From positions 62,001 to 126,000 of the IMG/VR virus record IMGVR_UViG_3300042482_000702: a DNA stretch of 64,000 nucleotides. One strand, 5' to 3'. The notes under the pieces are model-generated. The model did not search any database and had not been told where the DNA came from. It saw nothing but the letters and a program-made list of their open reading frames with translations. Position 1 is the first letter of the stretch. Every line of letters begins with the position of its first letter. This document shows, in pieces, positions 46,156 to 57,926 of the stretch. The translations under genes were made by a program, and so were the position numbers.

Positions 46156-46974
46156 ATGGCGTGTTTAGAATCATATTGTATAAGTAACACCGGTAATATC
46201 ACGTATGACGATAACTATATCAGTGGTGGGACACATAACTCAAATCTTTATTGGGTAGGTCAATCAAATGGGTTATTTATTTATTACTCAACAGAAAATG
46301 TTCAATGGTGTTTATCATCAGCATTAGATGGGACTTGTTTATTATCCGGAAAATCCTCTTGTTTTAGCGAATGTCCCGACTTATGTGAGAGATATTACTC
46401 ATCAGGAATTTGTTTAACACCAACTCCATCACCAACAAATAATAATTGTAGTTCGTTGGATTTTGTTGCCTTATTAGAATGTGAACCCCTGTCACCTCCA
46501 AGTTCATCTCCTACACCAACTAAAACACCTACGCCAACCGTTACACCACCTTCAAATTCGTGTTTAACAAACAATATTGACGCAACAATTGAGGGTGTTT
46601 CACCAACTCCAACCCCAACACAAACCCCAACCCCAACATCCTCATCTATAATAGGAAGGGATTGTAGTTTTGCATCACCAATAACTTATAATATCATCGA
46701 TGATAATATAACATGCCCTCAAAGTTATTTATTTAAAAGTTGCGATAATGGTGATATATATTCAACAACAAATCTTACTAGTTCAATAGGAGATATATCA
46801 TTAATAAAAAATCAAGTTTATTTAGCCATGATAGATGGATTTAGAATGTGTATATCATATTATGAAAAGAGCGACACTATTTTAGGTGGTTATGATATTG
46901 AATTAATTAGTGAACCTTTTGGATTTAATCAAGATGGTTGTTATTATTGTAGTCAAGAGTTAACAATAACATAA
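46156..46974 (+). CDS. Cys-rich virion-like protein with Thr-Pro linkers
   Basis: Many Cys residues, PTPSPT/TPTPT linkers. Confidence 0.7.
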   Translation: MACLESYCISNTGNITYDDNYISGGTHNSNLYWVGQSNGLFIYYSTENVQWCLSSALDGTCLLSGKSSCFSECPDLCERYYSSGICLTPTPSPTNNNCSSLDFVALLECEPLSPPSSSPTPTKTPTPTVTPPSNSCLTNNIDATIEGVSPTPTPTQTPTPTSSSIIGRDCSFASPITYNIIDDNITCPQSYLFKSCDNGDIYSTTNLTSSIGDISLIKNQVYLAMIDGFRMCISYYEKSDTILGGYDIELISEPFGFNQDGCYYCSQELTIT

Positions 46975-47085
46975 ATAAAAGTGTAATAAAAAAAAATAAT
47001 ATTACTTACATCCAACCTTTCTATATAACACTTGAGTTTTCAGGAAGATTAACAAATAAATTAATAATCACAATATTTATAATAC

Positions 47086-49482
47086 ATGGGATTCATATTA
47101 AAAAACACATCAGGGTTAATTAACACTAGATTAACAGACGCCGCAAGACAAAAACTATCACAAGGTAGTTTTAACATCTCTTATTTTCAAATAGGTGATA
47201 GTGAAGTAACCTATAACGCTTTTGGTGAGTTAAATTTATCAAGCCTTAATATATTAGAACCAAATTTTAATTCTCAAAATAAAACCGGTTCTCCTCAAAA
47301 AAATAAACAAAATATTAAATATCCTTACTATGTAGATGGAACCGAAGGTAATACATATGGAATACCTTATATGGCTTCTGATGTTAGTCCTATATATAAC
47401 AGCGCAACAATGAGAGGTTTTTTCACAGGTAACACCACAAATGGAACTATAAGTAGTTGGAGTGCGTTAACAGATAACCAACACGTAGTTAATTCGAATT
47501 ATGTTATCGATATGTTTTCATTAATAGGTAATAACACAGTATCCATTAAATATTCCGGTTGTAACACCAATATAGTTAGACAACCCTCTATTGGAGATTT
47601 TATAACAATTTATTACGATGGAAATGGATACAATAATTGTTCTTGTGATTTAGGCACCCCAATTACACCAACACCAACACCAACACCTACTGTAACACCA
47701 TCTTATGATGAGTGTGCTATATATCCAACACCAACACCATCATCCACTTGTTGTTTAACACCAACACCAAGTTGTGGTCCTGAACCAATAACGGAATGTG
47801 TTATGTCAGTTTCATGTGGTTATACAATATTAACATATAAAATTGTAGATATTTGTAATTTTGTATTAACAGTAGACAGACCTTTACCTAATTTTACTAA
47901 TTTAAATGAAGATTGTTATTACGCCAGAACATTAATCTACCCACCAAACATGACATCATTATATGATAGTATCACACCTTCTCAACATTGGCGTAATGAT
48001 GTCATTAATTTTGAATCCATTTGTAATACAGATGAATTTGATGTTAAAATTTGGAACATGAACATCCCTTGGTCTGAAAGTCCTGCCGGATTAAATGATG
48101 GTATATATAAAGGTTACACTAAATTTCGTTCAACATCTTATTTAGGCACAAAAGAATATTTAGGTTATATGTCAAATAGTGGACAAACCATTAACAACAC
48201 GGTTAATTATGTCAACTCACTTGGAGATGTTATTATTGTACCACCTAAAGACCAAAAGGCAATTTCAATAATTCATTATACTAATCAAAGTATAGATTTG
48301 TTTTATGGTGAAAAATTTGCGTTAGAACCATACGACAATGCAACCCCTGAAGATACAACAGGTGAGGCTAGAAACTTTAAATTACACATACCAACATTAA
48401 TGTGGCATAAATCACAACCCTTTTGTATTGGACAAACTTTTTGGGTTGACCCACCTGGGTTTGATAATAAAGGATTATTTGAAGTTCATTATATTCAATC
48501 AACTAAAAATCCTGAAATGAATCAACCTGGTATTAGATATTATAATTTATGGGACACAAACGCTAATGAAAACGAATACCCTAATAGGGTTGGTAAAGTG
48601 TTTCCTGACCAAAAAATTATTGTTATCGATGATGAGGAAATTATCGCTGCTTTATCTTATAAGTCAAATAGAAACTGGACATTACCATCACCAAGAATAT
48701 CTTTAATCGCACCTAATAGTTGTGAAATAAATAATGGGTCAATATCTGTAGATGGTGTTTTATCTGGTTCATCAGAATATATGTATGTCACGTATAGATT
48801 AGGTAATAGTGAATTATCCACAAATTCATTACATTGTAATTACTATTCAAAAATACAAGGAACAGCAATTACACCAACTAATCTTATAACTAATAATGTT
48901 GGTATTAGATTTGGTAATGAATTTCCATATTTAAATCAAATACCTGAATCACCAATCCTTAATACAGGATTTGTTGCCGACACATTTGAAATAATATGTC
49001 AGAAAGTAATAGGGGATGTTAGACCAGACCCTTCAGAGTGGAGAGTTATTGATTTTACATCGATGGTTAGTGCAACAACAATTAATGGATACATTACCGT
49101 AGAAGGTTTAACAGGAACAACATTTGTTATTACATCCGACGATTATGATAACGCCGAAAACAACAATTATACTTTAGATTATCTTTCAATACCGAGTAAA
49201 AATTCTACCGGTACTTCGTTAAATTTTGGTGATGAATATTATTTTTATGGTGCGTTAGAAACTGATATTCAAGCAACAATTTATGAAATGAAATATAAAG
49301 TAAATCTAAGTGCAACTGAATTTCAAGCAAGTTCTAACCCTACATGGTCAAGCACCGCAAAACCATATATTTCAGAAATAGGTCTTTACGATACTGAAGA
49401 TAATCTTATGATTATATCAAAGCTACAATCACCCGTTTTAAGACAAGGATTGCAACAGTTTTTAATTAAATTTGATTTTTAA
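47086..49482 (+). CDS. Putative baseplate/tail structural protein
   Basis: N-term INTRLTDAARQKLSQGSFNISYFQIGDSE and C-term YISEIGLYD.EDNLMIISKL..P, typical of phage tail-collar/baseplate proteins. Confidence 0.7.
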   Translation: MGFILKNTSGLINTRLTDAARQKLSQGSFNISYFQIGDSEVTYNAFGELNLSSLNILEPNFNSQNKTGSPQKNKQNIKYPYYVDGTEGNTYGIPYMASDVSPIYNSATMRGFFTGNTTNGTISSWSALTDNQHVVNSNYVIDMFSLIGNNTVSIKYSGCNTNIVRQPSIGDFITIYYDGNGYNNCSCDLGTPITPTPTPTPTVTPSYDECAIYPTPTPSSTCCLTPTPSCGPEPITECVMSVSCGYTILTYKIVDICNFVLTVDRPLPNFTNLNEDCYYARTLIYPPNMTSLYDSITPSQHWRNDVINFESICNTDEFDVKIWNMNIPWSESPAGLNDGIYKGYTKFRSTSYLGTKEYLGYMSNSGQTINNTVNYVNSLGDVIIVPPKDQKAISIIHYTNQSIDLFYGEKFALEPYDNATPEDTTGEARNFKLHIPTLMWHKSQPFCIGQTFWVDPPGFDNKGLFEVHYIQSTKNPEMNQPGIRYYNLWDTNANENEYPNRVGKVFPDQKIIVIDDEEIIAALSYKSNRNWTLPSPRISLIAPNSCEINNGSISVDGVLSGSSEYMYVTYRLGNSELSTNSLHCNYYSKIQGTAITPTNLITNNVGIRFGNEFPYLNQIPESPILNTGFVADTFEIICQKVIGDVRPDPSEWRVIDFTSMVSATTINGYITVEGLTGTTFVITSDDYDNAENNNYTLDYLSIPSKNSTGTSLNFGDEYYFYGALETDIQATIYEMKYKVNLSATEFQASSNPTWSSTAKPYISEIGLYDTEDNLMIISKLQSPVLRQGLQQFLIKFDF

Positions 49483-49488
49483 TTAAAT

Positions 49489-50088
49489 ATGAAAAAAACA
49501 CTTAAAGAAAGTCCTAAAGTTTTAGGTCTTGATGTATCTACCCGAACAATTGGGTGGGCATTATTTGATATACAAAGTAGAGAACTATTGGAATTAACCC
49601 ATATCTCTCCAGTACCTAAACCAAAAGAAGAAAATAAAATTAAAGAGTTATTACTTAAAAGTGAAATCTTTAAATCAAAACTTATTCAATATAAAGATTT
49701 AGGTATAACTAAAGTTATTATTGAGGAACCACTATTAAATTCTAATAATGTATACACAATTCAAACTCTATTAAGATTTAATACTTTAATTACTAAAGAA
49801 ATTTATGATGTATTAGGTATTGTTCCTGAATATATTTCAACTTACAACTCTCGTAAATTTGCCTTTCCTGAACTTGTTAAACAAAACGATAAAAATAAAT
49901 TTGTATTGTTTGGTGGTCTCCCTAAAGATTGCGATAAAAAACAAATTATTTGGGATTTGGTTGCAAAAAGAGAACCTCAAATACAATGGTTATACACCAA
50001 AAACAACACACTTAAAAAAGAGAATTTTGACCAAACCGACGCTTACGCTTGTGTTTTAGGTCATATGAATCAAGAAAATATTTGGTAA
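49489..50088 (+). CDS. RuvC-like Holliday junction resolvase
   Basis: VLGLDVS, VIIEEP, DQTDAYA acidic triad. Confidence 0.8.
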   Translation: MKKTLKESPKVLGLDVSTRTIGWALFDIQSRELLELTHISPVPKPKEENKIKELLLKSEIFKSKLIQYKDLGITKVIIEEPLLNSNNVYTIQTLLRFNTLITKEIYDVLGIVPEYISTYNSRKFAFPELVKQNDKNKFVLFGGLPKDCDKKQIIWDLVAKREPQIQWLYTKNNTLKKENFDQTDAYACVLGHMNQENIW

Positions 50089-50093
50089 AAATT

Positions 50094-50122
50094 AACCCAC
50101 CTTTATGGTGGGTTTTTTTTTT
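50094..50122 (+). terminator. Intrinsic terminator between convergent genes
   Basis: AACCCACC-tttat-GGTGGGTT followed by a T run. Confidence 0.8.
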
Positions 50123-50128
50123 ATTTTA

Positions 50129-50197
50129 TTATCTTATATATGTAGTGTCTTCCACTTGGTTAGTTATCGTTCCATCAAGATAACAAACACCACAACA
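50129..50197 (-). other. In-frame extension after TAG (CCGVCYLDGTITNQVEDTTYIR*) or 3'-UTR stem-loop
   Basis: Open for 22 codons after TAG 50198-50200; also GTTATC/GATAAC and TAGTGT/ACACTA pairings. Confidence 0.35.
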
Positions 50198-52858
50198 CTA
50201 TGGTCTATAGTTTATACAATCAATACAAACCACGAATATCTGATTTAAAACTGGTGTGAAATAATTTCCAGAATTTGTTATTACACTAAATAATGGGTTT
50301 AATAATGGATAACCATTTGATATATACATAAATTCCCAACAAGTATTATTATCAGTTTTTCTTAAAATTTGACCAGGGACAATTGTAAATCCCGGTAATT
50401 CTTGAACAACGTATTGATTAGTGTTAGAACAATTTCTATATACATAGTATTTTTTTGGTGATGATGGAGTAACAGTTGGTGTTGGTGTTTTAGTTGGTGT
50501 TTGTGTTTTAGTTGGCGTGTTAGTTGGTGTTTTAGTTGGTGTTTTAGTTGGTGTTTTAGTTGGTGTTGGTGTTTTAGTTGGTGTTAAGCTTGGTGATAAT
50601 CCAGGTGTTAGTGTGTTAGTTGGTGTTGGTGTGTTAGTTGGTGTTTTTGTTGGTGTTCTAGTTGGACTAGATGTTTTAGTTAGTGTAGGTGTTGGTGTAG
50701 GTGTTTGTGTTGCCAACAAACCACAATATTGACACGAAATAGTATAACTAATACGTAGCTCAATAACAACATGATTTGGAACTAAAGATTCCTCATCACA
50801 TTTAGTTATAATTTTAATTTGATTATCAATAGGGTCGATTATTGTTTGCCCAATTTGGTCAAAACTATCCACCATCCCCTTTAATTCGCTATAAAAATAA
50901 TCATCATATGGATAATCATTTAATAAATAACTAGTATAAAAATCGTTAAATTTTTCCTCATCACCAATTGTAACAATTAAGCTAAAAATAGCCATATCTA
51001 AAACACAATTAGTAAACCCCGACACTAAAGTATAATACCCATCAGAATACATTTGATATATCCCATATTCACCTACCCCAATATTCTCAAAATCACTATC
51101 ACAAATAGTATAAGATTCATAAGACGATAATTTATCATACCCATAAATTGTTATTGAACTTTCTTTAACACAATTATTTGAATCAGTCACAGTTAATGTA
51201 TATGTCCCAGCATCTAAATTAGTTATACTATAACCGGTTTGTCCATTCACATTAGGGCTCCATTGTAAATCAAATGTTGGTGTACCTCCCGTTATTAATA
51301 CATTAATTGTTCCATCAGAACCATCTGTTGAATCAGTTTTAACTAATATAAACCCAACACCCTCGGATGAGTCTATCTCAAAATCTTTAGTTTGTTGACA
51401 CGGAGTTAGGCTAGAATCTTTTACCGAAACAGTATATGAATCGGAAACTAAATTAGTAAAAGTTACGGAACTTAATGGTGTATTTATTATTGATTGAGAC
51501 CCTATATCAATTGTGTATGGAGGTTGACCCCCCACTACCTCAATATTAACAGAACCATTAAGACCATTACAAGTAGTTCCTGTAGTTAAAACATTAATTG
51601 TATATAAAGACTCATTTATTACTGTGATTGTTCTATTATAAACACACGTACGATTTGTAATGGTTAAAAGATATGTACCAGATTTTAAACCAGCAAATTG
51701 GTGATTTAAACTAGGAGTAGTATTTTCATCAAAATTAAATGTGTCCAAATTTGTCAATTTATAAATAATGTTACCATTAGTACCAAGTAACTCTATGGAT
51801 ATATTTCCATCATCATTCGAACATTTTGAATTAGTTAGAGTAATCCTTGTCACATTAAACCCTGAAGGTGTTTGTATTGTTGTTGACGCAACAAAACTAC
51901 ATAAACCAGTATCTTGGACATATACTGAAAAAGTTCCACCAGGGATATTAGTGAATTTGTATTCAGAATCAAACGAAATATTTGATTCTCCAGTCGAACC
52001 TGAATAATAATACGGTGCTGTACCTCCTGTTACAAAAACCGTTAACTCACCATTGTTTTCCGCACAACTTGGACTAATCGATTGGAACCCCCCTAACCCT
52101 ATTTGAGGTACTTTAACAACACTAGCACTTTTAGGTATTACACACCCTGTACTATCTGTTACGGCAACACTGTAAGACCCATTTGTTAATCCTGTAATAG
52201 ATGATAATGTACCACCATTAGACCATAGATAAGTATATGGGGGGGTTCCTGTTAATCCTGTTATAAATATCTTACCTGAACTAACATTACAACCAGCATC
52301 ATTAACAACATAAAAATCATAATCTAAATTGGTTGACGATTTAATTATACAAGTTTCTGATTTACCTGAACATCCACCACCATCGTCGGCAATAACATAA
52401 TAAGTTCCGGCCGATAAAGAATAAAAAGAAAAGTCGAGATTTTCTGTTGACCCTGAAGATAAATATCCACTATTACTTTCATATAAATAGTAACTCGCAT
52501 TACCATAGTTATATGAGGTTGCTGCTGTTATTGCTCCATTATTAAAATTACAAGTAGTGTTTTGTTGGTTTATTATACTAACACAAGTACCGTTCGATAT
52601 ATTAATATTTACCGGAAGTACTGTCACACCTGGGTCATTACATGAATCAAGAATATTAAACGTGTATGTTCCCTCCAATAAACCATTAATGGTATACTCC
52701 GTCACTCCTTCACCTAACGCTATTGTCCCATAATCAGGTGATATCCATTCTATTGCATAATCAGGAGCATACCCCCGAATTTCTATTGAAAAACCTCCTA
52801 ATGAGAGATTAGAACAATCTCCAGTTATACTAGATATATAATATAAATCACAAGCCAT
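50198..52858 (-). CDS. SprB-repeat virion/adhesin protein with Thr-Pro linker
   Basis: Multiple G.I.(V/I)..TGG(T/Q)(P/A)PY.Y.WSNG / GL.[14 protein letters not shown] repeats. Confidence 0.8.
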   Translation of the reverse strand: MACDLYYISSITGDCSNLSLGGFSIEIRGYAPDYAIEWISPDYGTIALGEGVTEYTINGLLEGTYTFNILDSCNDPGVTVLPVNINISNGTCVSIINQQNTTCNFNNGAITAATSYNYGNASYYLYESNSGYLSSGSTENLDFSFYSLSAGTYYVIADDGGGCSGKSETCIIKSSTNLDYDFYVVNDAGCNVSSGKIFITGLTGTPPYTYLWSNGGTLSSITGLTNGSYSVAVTDSTGCVIPKSASVVKVPQIGLGGFQSISPSCAENNGELTVFVTGGTAPYYYSGSTGESNISFDSEYKFTNIPGGTFSVYVQDTGLCSFVASTTIQTPSGFNVTRITLTNSKCSNDDGNISIELLGTNGNIIYKLTNLDTFNFDENTTPSLNHQFAGLKSGTYLLTITNRTCVYNRTITVINESLYTINVLTTGTTCNGLNGSVNIEVVGGQPPYTIDIGSQSIINTPLSSVTFTNLVSDSYTVSVKDSSLTPCQQTKDFEIDSSEGVGFILVKTDSTDGSDGTINVLITGGTPTFDLQWSPNVNGQTGYSITNLDAGTYTLTVTDSNNCVKESSITIYGYDKLSSYESYTICDSDFENIGVGEYGIYQMYSDGYYTLVSGFTNCVLDMAIFSLIVTIGDEEKFNDFYTSYLLNDYPYDDYFYSELKGMVDSFDQIGQTIIDPIDNQIKIITKCDEESLVPNHVVIELRISYTISCQYCGLLATQTPTPTPTLTKTSSPTRTPTKTPTNTPTPTNTLTPGLSPSLTPTKTPTPTKTPTKTPTKTPTNTPTKTQTPTKTPTPTVTPSSPKKYYVYRNCSNTNQYVVQELPGFTIVPGQILRKTDNNTCWEFMYISNGYPLLNPLFSVITNSGNYFTPVLNQIFVVCIDCINYRP

Positions 52859-55800
52859 TAATTACATAAAATTTCAAAATTTATTCCGACATTTAATTCA
52901 AAATTAGTGCCAGTCGAGTTTACAGAACATATCGTATTATAAACCACTATTTGGTTAAATGGGTCACCCTCTTCTACGATAATATTATTTCTACTAAAAT
53001 AATAAGCATAACCATAATTTAGTAAACTTTTTAAACTATTTACTAAAGCCACCGTCCATTCATTATCAGTAGGTACACTTATATTTGTGGTAAGGCCTGA
53101 CCCTACAAAAAATGGGTCTTTTACAATATCATTACCATTAAGATTCATTTCAACATACCAAACACTTTTTAAATTTTCATACAAACAGTCATTTAAAACA
53201 TAAGTTGTACCAGCTAAATAAGTATTTAATGCATTACTTAAAACTCCACCAAAAGTTTCATCCGGATACGCATCACAAGACACCGATTGAATCGGACAAT
53301 CATATGTAAAAATATTTGACGTTAGAGAACAAGGTCTACAAAGAACAGGAATGAAACTACTACCTCCTTGTCTTCTCCATACAAACTTTTGTCTATGAAA
53401 AATAGAATTTTCATATTTAACACCCGTATTCCATATGGTTGTTGCCGGTATCATTTGTTCAACTAATCTAACCCAATAATCACCAAGACCATTAACATAC
53501 TGAATCATCGTTTGATAATTAAAATTATCGTTCTCCAATCCAACAAGTTTTTCAGATTCCAAATATTTCCAATAAATAGACTCTAATGTTGGATATCCCA
53601 TTGTTTTACCGTCACTAATATATTGTCTATTTCTAACATTAATTGTATTTAACCAAAAAGTTTGAGCAAACTCAAAAAATGTTTTATTCTTTGGTTGTGG
53701 ATTAATAACTGTATTATCAATACCACCCCTATCCGGATAATTTGACACAGGAGTTGGATTACAATAAGTCGGAGCAACATAATTTAACCCCTCATTTGGT
53801 ATCGGGAAATTATATTTTCTTGACATAGCCCAAACATCGTATGATAATCCTTGACCAGGATTTAAGAATAAATCAGTGTTTTTAGCATTTAAAACTAATT
53901 TGTCGCTTTCTGTATAATATCTCGCATTATAATTACCGTCCAAATTTTGTCGTAAACCAATTTCATTATCAACCCAACTTTTATTATTATCAATTGTTTG
54001 GGTAATGTTATACCCTAATGACATAAACGGAAATTTAACATATCTATCCAAATATTCCGCACCATAAGTATATGGACTTAATGTTGTTTGATAATCAGGA
54101 TTTGACCCTGTAAAAACACTATTGGTAAGATTAACTTCTTCCGGAGCTCTATGTTGAGGTGTCGATTCAAACCAACCACTACCTTTTTCATAATAATACT
54201 CTTCCGTATTTGGTGGTGCTGATGGGTACCCTTCACTATCAATAGGATATTCACTTAATGAAACATTAACATCTTTAATTATTGTTGTTGAGGTAAATCC
54301 TGTAAATACTTCACCCTGAAAACTATATGTGTTACCAGCCTCGATTGTTGGGACATTTTTAACATATGTCCCCCCAGATATTGCAGCATAACTAGAATTA
54401 AAATCACTTACACTAATTCTTTGGTCTGCCAAGTATATGTATTCGTTAAAATCAACCAAAGCATCCGGAGCACCAATCAATCTTAATAATATCTCAACAG
54501 ATTTTCTTGTTCCTTTAGATTTAAACAAATAAGCTGAATTAAGAATTAAATTCCTATAATATTGATAATTTAATTCATCTGGTGTTTGTTGGTCGCTAGT
54601 CCCCTCAAATTCCGGCACATTTTTGTTTTTTTCACCAAAAACTGATGTTAAAAATTCATCATTTGTTATTGGTGATATATTAGTGTTCCACCCTAAAGTT
54701 TGTGCTAAATTTTTTAATAATTGAGATGGGATATCATTACCCACATTATAATTAACCGAATTCATATAAGCCAAAGCGTCTATGAATTTTTTTGTTTCAT
54801 CAAAACTTCTACCATATATTTGTAGAACGGATTCCATCTTTTGACCCACGGTATCAAAGTCTTTAAACGCACCTGTCGTTAAAAATCTTGATATTAAATT
54901 TGTTTTATACAAATCAAATGATTCACTCAAACCATTTAATGTTGTTAAATAGTTGGTGAAGGCTGGCGTTATAATATCAAGATTCCAACTACCATATAAA
55001 GGCCAAGTAACATTTTGATTTAAAACATAATACGTGCCATCATCAGCATCTGCCGGTACTTGAAATGTTGCTGTGTACTTTGGTACAACATTTCTATTTA
55101 ATAAAAATCTTTGAACCTCATCTAAACTTTCATTAAACACTTGATTAACTTCAGAATCATTAGGTCTAATAACTAAATCATCATAAGTAATAGATTGCCC
55201 CGAAAATGGATTACCTTTAACATATATTTTTAATGTCCCCGAAGATAATGATGTTGTTGGAATTATTGCCGTCACATCAAACCCATTATTCTTATAATAT
55301 AACGAATACTTCGCATACTGTATTGTCATATCTCTCAACACAGACACTTGTACTTCCCTTAATTGTAAATTTCTTGTGGAATTAACCGTAAAATCAACAT
55401 CAAAAGGATTTCTAATTCTAGAAACATTTAGTTCAAAACTAGTTTCATCATCAGAACCAAGATAAACAATATTTGATGCCGTCTCACCAGTTACATAATT
55501 TTCATCCATTAAAGTCACCTCTAACGCCGCAGGGAATTTACCAATAATAGTCTCAACAGAAGTAGAAATTCTCTTAACCATTGACCCATATTGAGTAAAA
55601 TTAGTTACTTGGGTTAGGTCAAAATTTGGATATACCTTAAAATTATTTTCAAATATGATTTTAGATTGAGCAACACTACTAACCCCTAAACCATCCAAAT
55701 TAATTGGTTCTGAAAAATTACCAGTGTTAAAAGTCCTATTACTCTTTTCAGTAATTGATGTTGTAAATTCAAAATTCCCTTGCGTTAAACCTCCTCCTTG

Positions 55801-55887
55801 GACTAATTGGAAACCAACTAAATCATCGGAAAATGTACCAGCTCCTGTTGCCGATTGCGGGGGACAAGTATATTTTATTAACGCCAT
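52858..55887 (-). CDS. Putative baseplate protein
   Basis: [20 protein letters not shown] resembles the P2 gpI-type baseplate motif. Confidence 0.7.
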   Translation of the reverse strand: MALIKYTCPPQSATGAGTFSDDLVGFQLVQGGGLTQGNFEFTTSITEKSNRTFNTGNFSEPINLDGLGVSSVAQSKIIFENNFKVYPNFDLTQVTNFTQYGSMVKRISTSVETIIGKFPAALEVTLMDENYVTGETASNIVYLGSDDETSFELNVSRIRNPFDVDFTVNSTRNLQLREVQVSVLRDMTIQYAKYSLYYKNNGFDVTAIIPTTSLSSGTLKIYVKGNPFSGQSITYDDLVIRPNDSEVNQVFNESLDEVQRFLLNRNVVPKYTATFQVPADADDGTYYVLNQNVTWPLYGSWNLDIITPAFTNYLTTLNGLSESFDLYKTNLISRFLTTGAFKDFDTVGQKMESVLQIYGRSFDETKKFIDALAYMNSVNYNVGNDIPSQLLKNLAQTLGWNTNISPITNDEFLTSVFGEKNKNVPEFEGTSDQQTPDELNYQYYRNLILNSAYLFKSKGTRKSVEILLRLIGAPDALVDFNEYIYLADQRISVSDFNSSYAAISGGTYVKNVPTIEAGNTYSFQGEVFTGFTSTTIIKDVNVSLSEYPIDSEGYPSAPPNTEEYYYEKGSGWFESTPQHRAPEEVNLTNSVFTGSNPDYQTTLSPYTYGAEYLDRYVKFPFMSLGYNITQTIDNNKSWVDNEIGLRQNLDGNYNARYYTESDKLVLNAKNTDLFLNPGQGLSYDVWAMSRKYNFPIPNEGLNYVAPTYCNPTPVSNYPDRGGIDNTVINPQPKNKTFFEFAQTFWLNTINVRNRQYISDGKTMGYPTLESIYWKYLESEKLVGLENDNFNYQTMIQYVNGLGDYWVRLVEQMIPATTIWNTGVKYENSIFHRQKFVWRRQGGSSFIPVLCRPCSLTSNIFTYDCPIQSVSCDAYPDETFGGVLSNALNTYLAGTTYVLNDCLYENLKSVWYVEMNLNGNDIVKDPFFVGSGLTTNISVPTDNEWTVALVNSLKSLLNYGYAYYFSRNNIIVEEGDPFNQIVVYNTICSVNSTGTNFELNVGINFEILCN

Positions 55888-56795
55888 TATTCTGTTATAT
55901 TTGTAAAGTTTTTACTATAATCAATATTACTACCTCTATCTTGTCTAACTTCATATAACAAGTTATTAAATTGGTCTCTAATTTCGTATAAGTTATATTG
56001 TTTGTATATGTTATTAGCTGTGTCATATAGAGTGTAAATTCCATCATCCATTGATTTAGTTTGATTACCAAACAACGCAATTGCAAGAGTTGAGAAATCA
56101 TGTTCAGCTATTTCAACATCTAATGTTATTGGATTAAAGAAAGTATTACTAATAATAATATTTTGATTTGGCTGACCAATATATGGTGTCGCATTTGGTT
56201 TATTAGTTGGTGCCGATGATGGGGACATAGTACAAAATATCAAATTAGTACTATTATCCGTATATCTATATCTTATAGCCTTTTGAGATGTATTAACCAA
56301 GTTTTGAACAACCGGTTCACAAAAGAAAGAAGATGTAATTAATCTAAAAAAATTAGGTATTTTAGTGTTATCAGAATTTAAATACTCGACCCTAAAACCT
56401 ACCAATCCTTGATTAACAAATTTGTTTTTAAATTCGGGAGGAACACTATTCAAATCAATTATAATACCTTTAACATTAGGTAATGCCGACAACACCCCAC
56501 AATCCAATATAGTGGTTCTTATTTGAGCTGGTCTAATAAATAAGGTATAGATACCTATTTTGTTAAATTGGTCAGCAGGGAGTCTTAAATTGTATAATCC
56601 ACCCAATATTTCAACATCCGCAACACCACCAGTGGTTTGACTGTTAAAATAAGGTCTTAATATGTCCGCCGAGTTTAATTTTGTTAAAACAAAATTATCT
56701 GTTTCATCTCTTGATGGTGTGTAATTTAAAATTATCTCCACATCCGCTGGAGATACATCTGCTGGTCTTATCGTTCCGTATGTTCCTGTTGCCAT
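55887..56795 (-). CDS. Putative structural protein
   Basis: Coupled within the structural operon. Confidence 0.65.
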   Translation of the reverse strand: MATGTYGTIRPADVSPADVEIILNYTPSRDETDNFVLTKLNSADILRPYFNSQTTGGVADVEILGGLYNLRLPADQFNKIGIYTLFIRPAQIRTTILDCGVLSALPNVKGIIIDLNSVPPEFKNKFVNQGLVGFRVEYLNSDNTKIPNFFRLITSSFFCEPVVQNLVNTSQKAIRYRYTDNSTNLIFCTMSPSSAPTNKPNATPYIGQPNQNIIISNTFFNPITLDVEIAEHDFSTLAIALFGNQTKSMDDGIYTLYDTANNIYKQYNLYEIRDQFNNLLYEVRQDRGSNIDYSKNFTNITE

Positions 56796-56796
56796 A

Positions 56797-57924
56797 TTAT
56801 ATTGTTATTATATTAAAAAATCCGTAACCATATTTTTCAAGGTCACCTATATTATCAATTTCACCCATTCTTTCAAGTCTTTCCAAACCTGACTGTTTTC
56901 CTCTATCAATAAATACATTAGATTGCACTTCTGCTTCATCAATTACATTTAATAATACCTCATTTTTTGTAATTATCGAGCAATCCGTCTCAATTGGCGC
57001 GACGTTACTAACCACAAATATAGTTGTACCATCTTCATAGTCGTAATAATCAATATTATTAATACTATAACCAATATTTAAACCATCTCTTGATATTCCT
57101 GAATATATTCCAACAACTCCCGATGTTCCAGTAACTTGGATACCTAATTTATAACCCCCATCAACTAAATCAGATTTTTTACCATAAACTTGTAAATCTT
57201 TAACAGATGATTTTGTATATCCACTAATAATTAATGGAGATGATGAAAACGGGTCTGTTTCACCTGGATAAACATCACAAGTCTCATCACCATTAAAAAT
57301 ATAATCATACATTAAAGGTGTTCCCGACCAATTACCACCAGCAGGAATAAAATATGCCGTTCCTTTTGGGTTTGTAATTACATTATTAGTAAAAGGTACC
57401 GTCACGGTTTTAACTACCACATTAGAACCCCAAGGACTCATCCCTGACATAGTTATTGTATAATCTTTTGGCGTAGTTGTAAACGGATATGGGTGGGAAT
57501 AAAAATTGGGGGAATTTTGTGTTATGATTTGTTGAGAAGTATTATCCCCCCAATCTATCTTATAACTAGAAAACTCCAAATATTTTTTAAATTCAGTATC
57601 TGAAGTATTATAAAAATTATATTTATAAGGTTCTGATGTATTTGCCGAAAATAAAAAATTGGTCATAGTTTCTTTTTGTAAAACCATACCATCAAACACT
57701 GAATAATACCCAATATCCACAGTATTTTCAGTAAATAAAATAGGGATTGTTAATCCGGTTAATAAGGAATCATATTGAGTTGTCTCCGAATTATATGTAC
57801 CACCAGATAAAATCTGTGTCATAGATGAATACACATAAACATCGGTGTTTTGATACATAACTTTAAAAATATCACCCTTAATAACTTCCGGAGAAATTTT
57901 AATATAACGATTTCTTTCTTCCAT
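56797..57924 (-). CDS. Putative structural protein (PKD-like IDWGD motif)
   Basis: YKIDWGD...YSHPY; C-term SNVFIDRGKQSGLE. Confidence 0.65.
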   Translation of the reverse strand: MEERNRYIKISPEVIKGDIFKVMYQNTDVYVYSSMTQILSGGTYNSETTQYDSLLTGLTIPILFTENTVDIGYYSVFDGMVLQKETMTNFLFSANTSEPYKYNFYNTSDTEFKKYLEFSSYKIDWGDNTSQQIITQNSPNFYSHPYPFTTTPKDYTITMSGMSPWGSNVVVKTVTVPFTNNVITNPKGTAYFIPAGGNWSGTPLMYDYIFNGDETCDVYPGETDPFSSSPLIISGYTKSSVKDLQVYGKKSDLVDGGYKLGIQVTGTSGVVGIYSGISRDGLNIGYSINNIDYYDYEDGTTIFVVSNVAPIETDCSIITKNEVLLNVIDEAEVQSNVFIDRGKQSGLERLERMGEIDNIGDLEKYGYGFFNIITI

Positions 57925-57926
57925 AA

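Noticed and set aside
46975-47085. Possible fifth orphan tail or ncRNA after the 46156 gene
   Set aside because: One open frame (NNITYIQPFYITLEF…) but no recognisable motif or stable structure.
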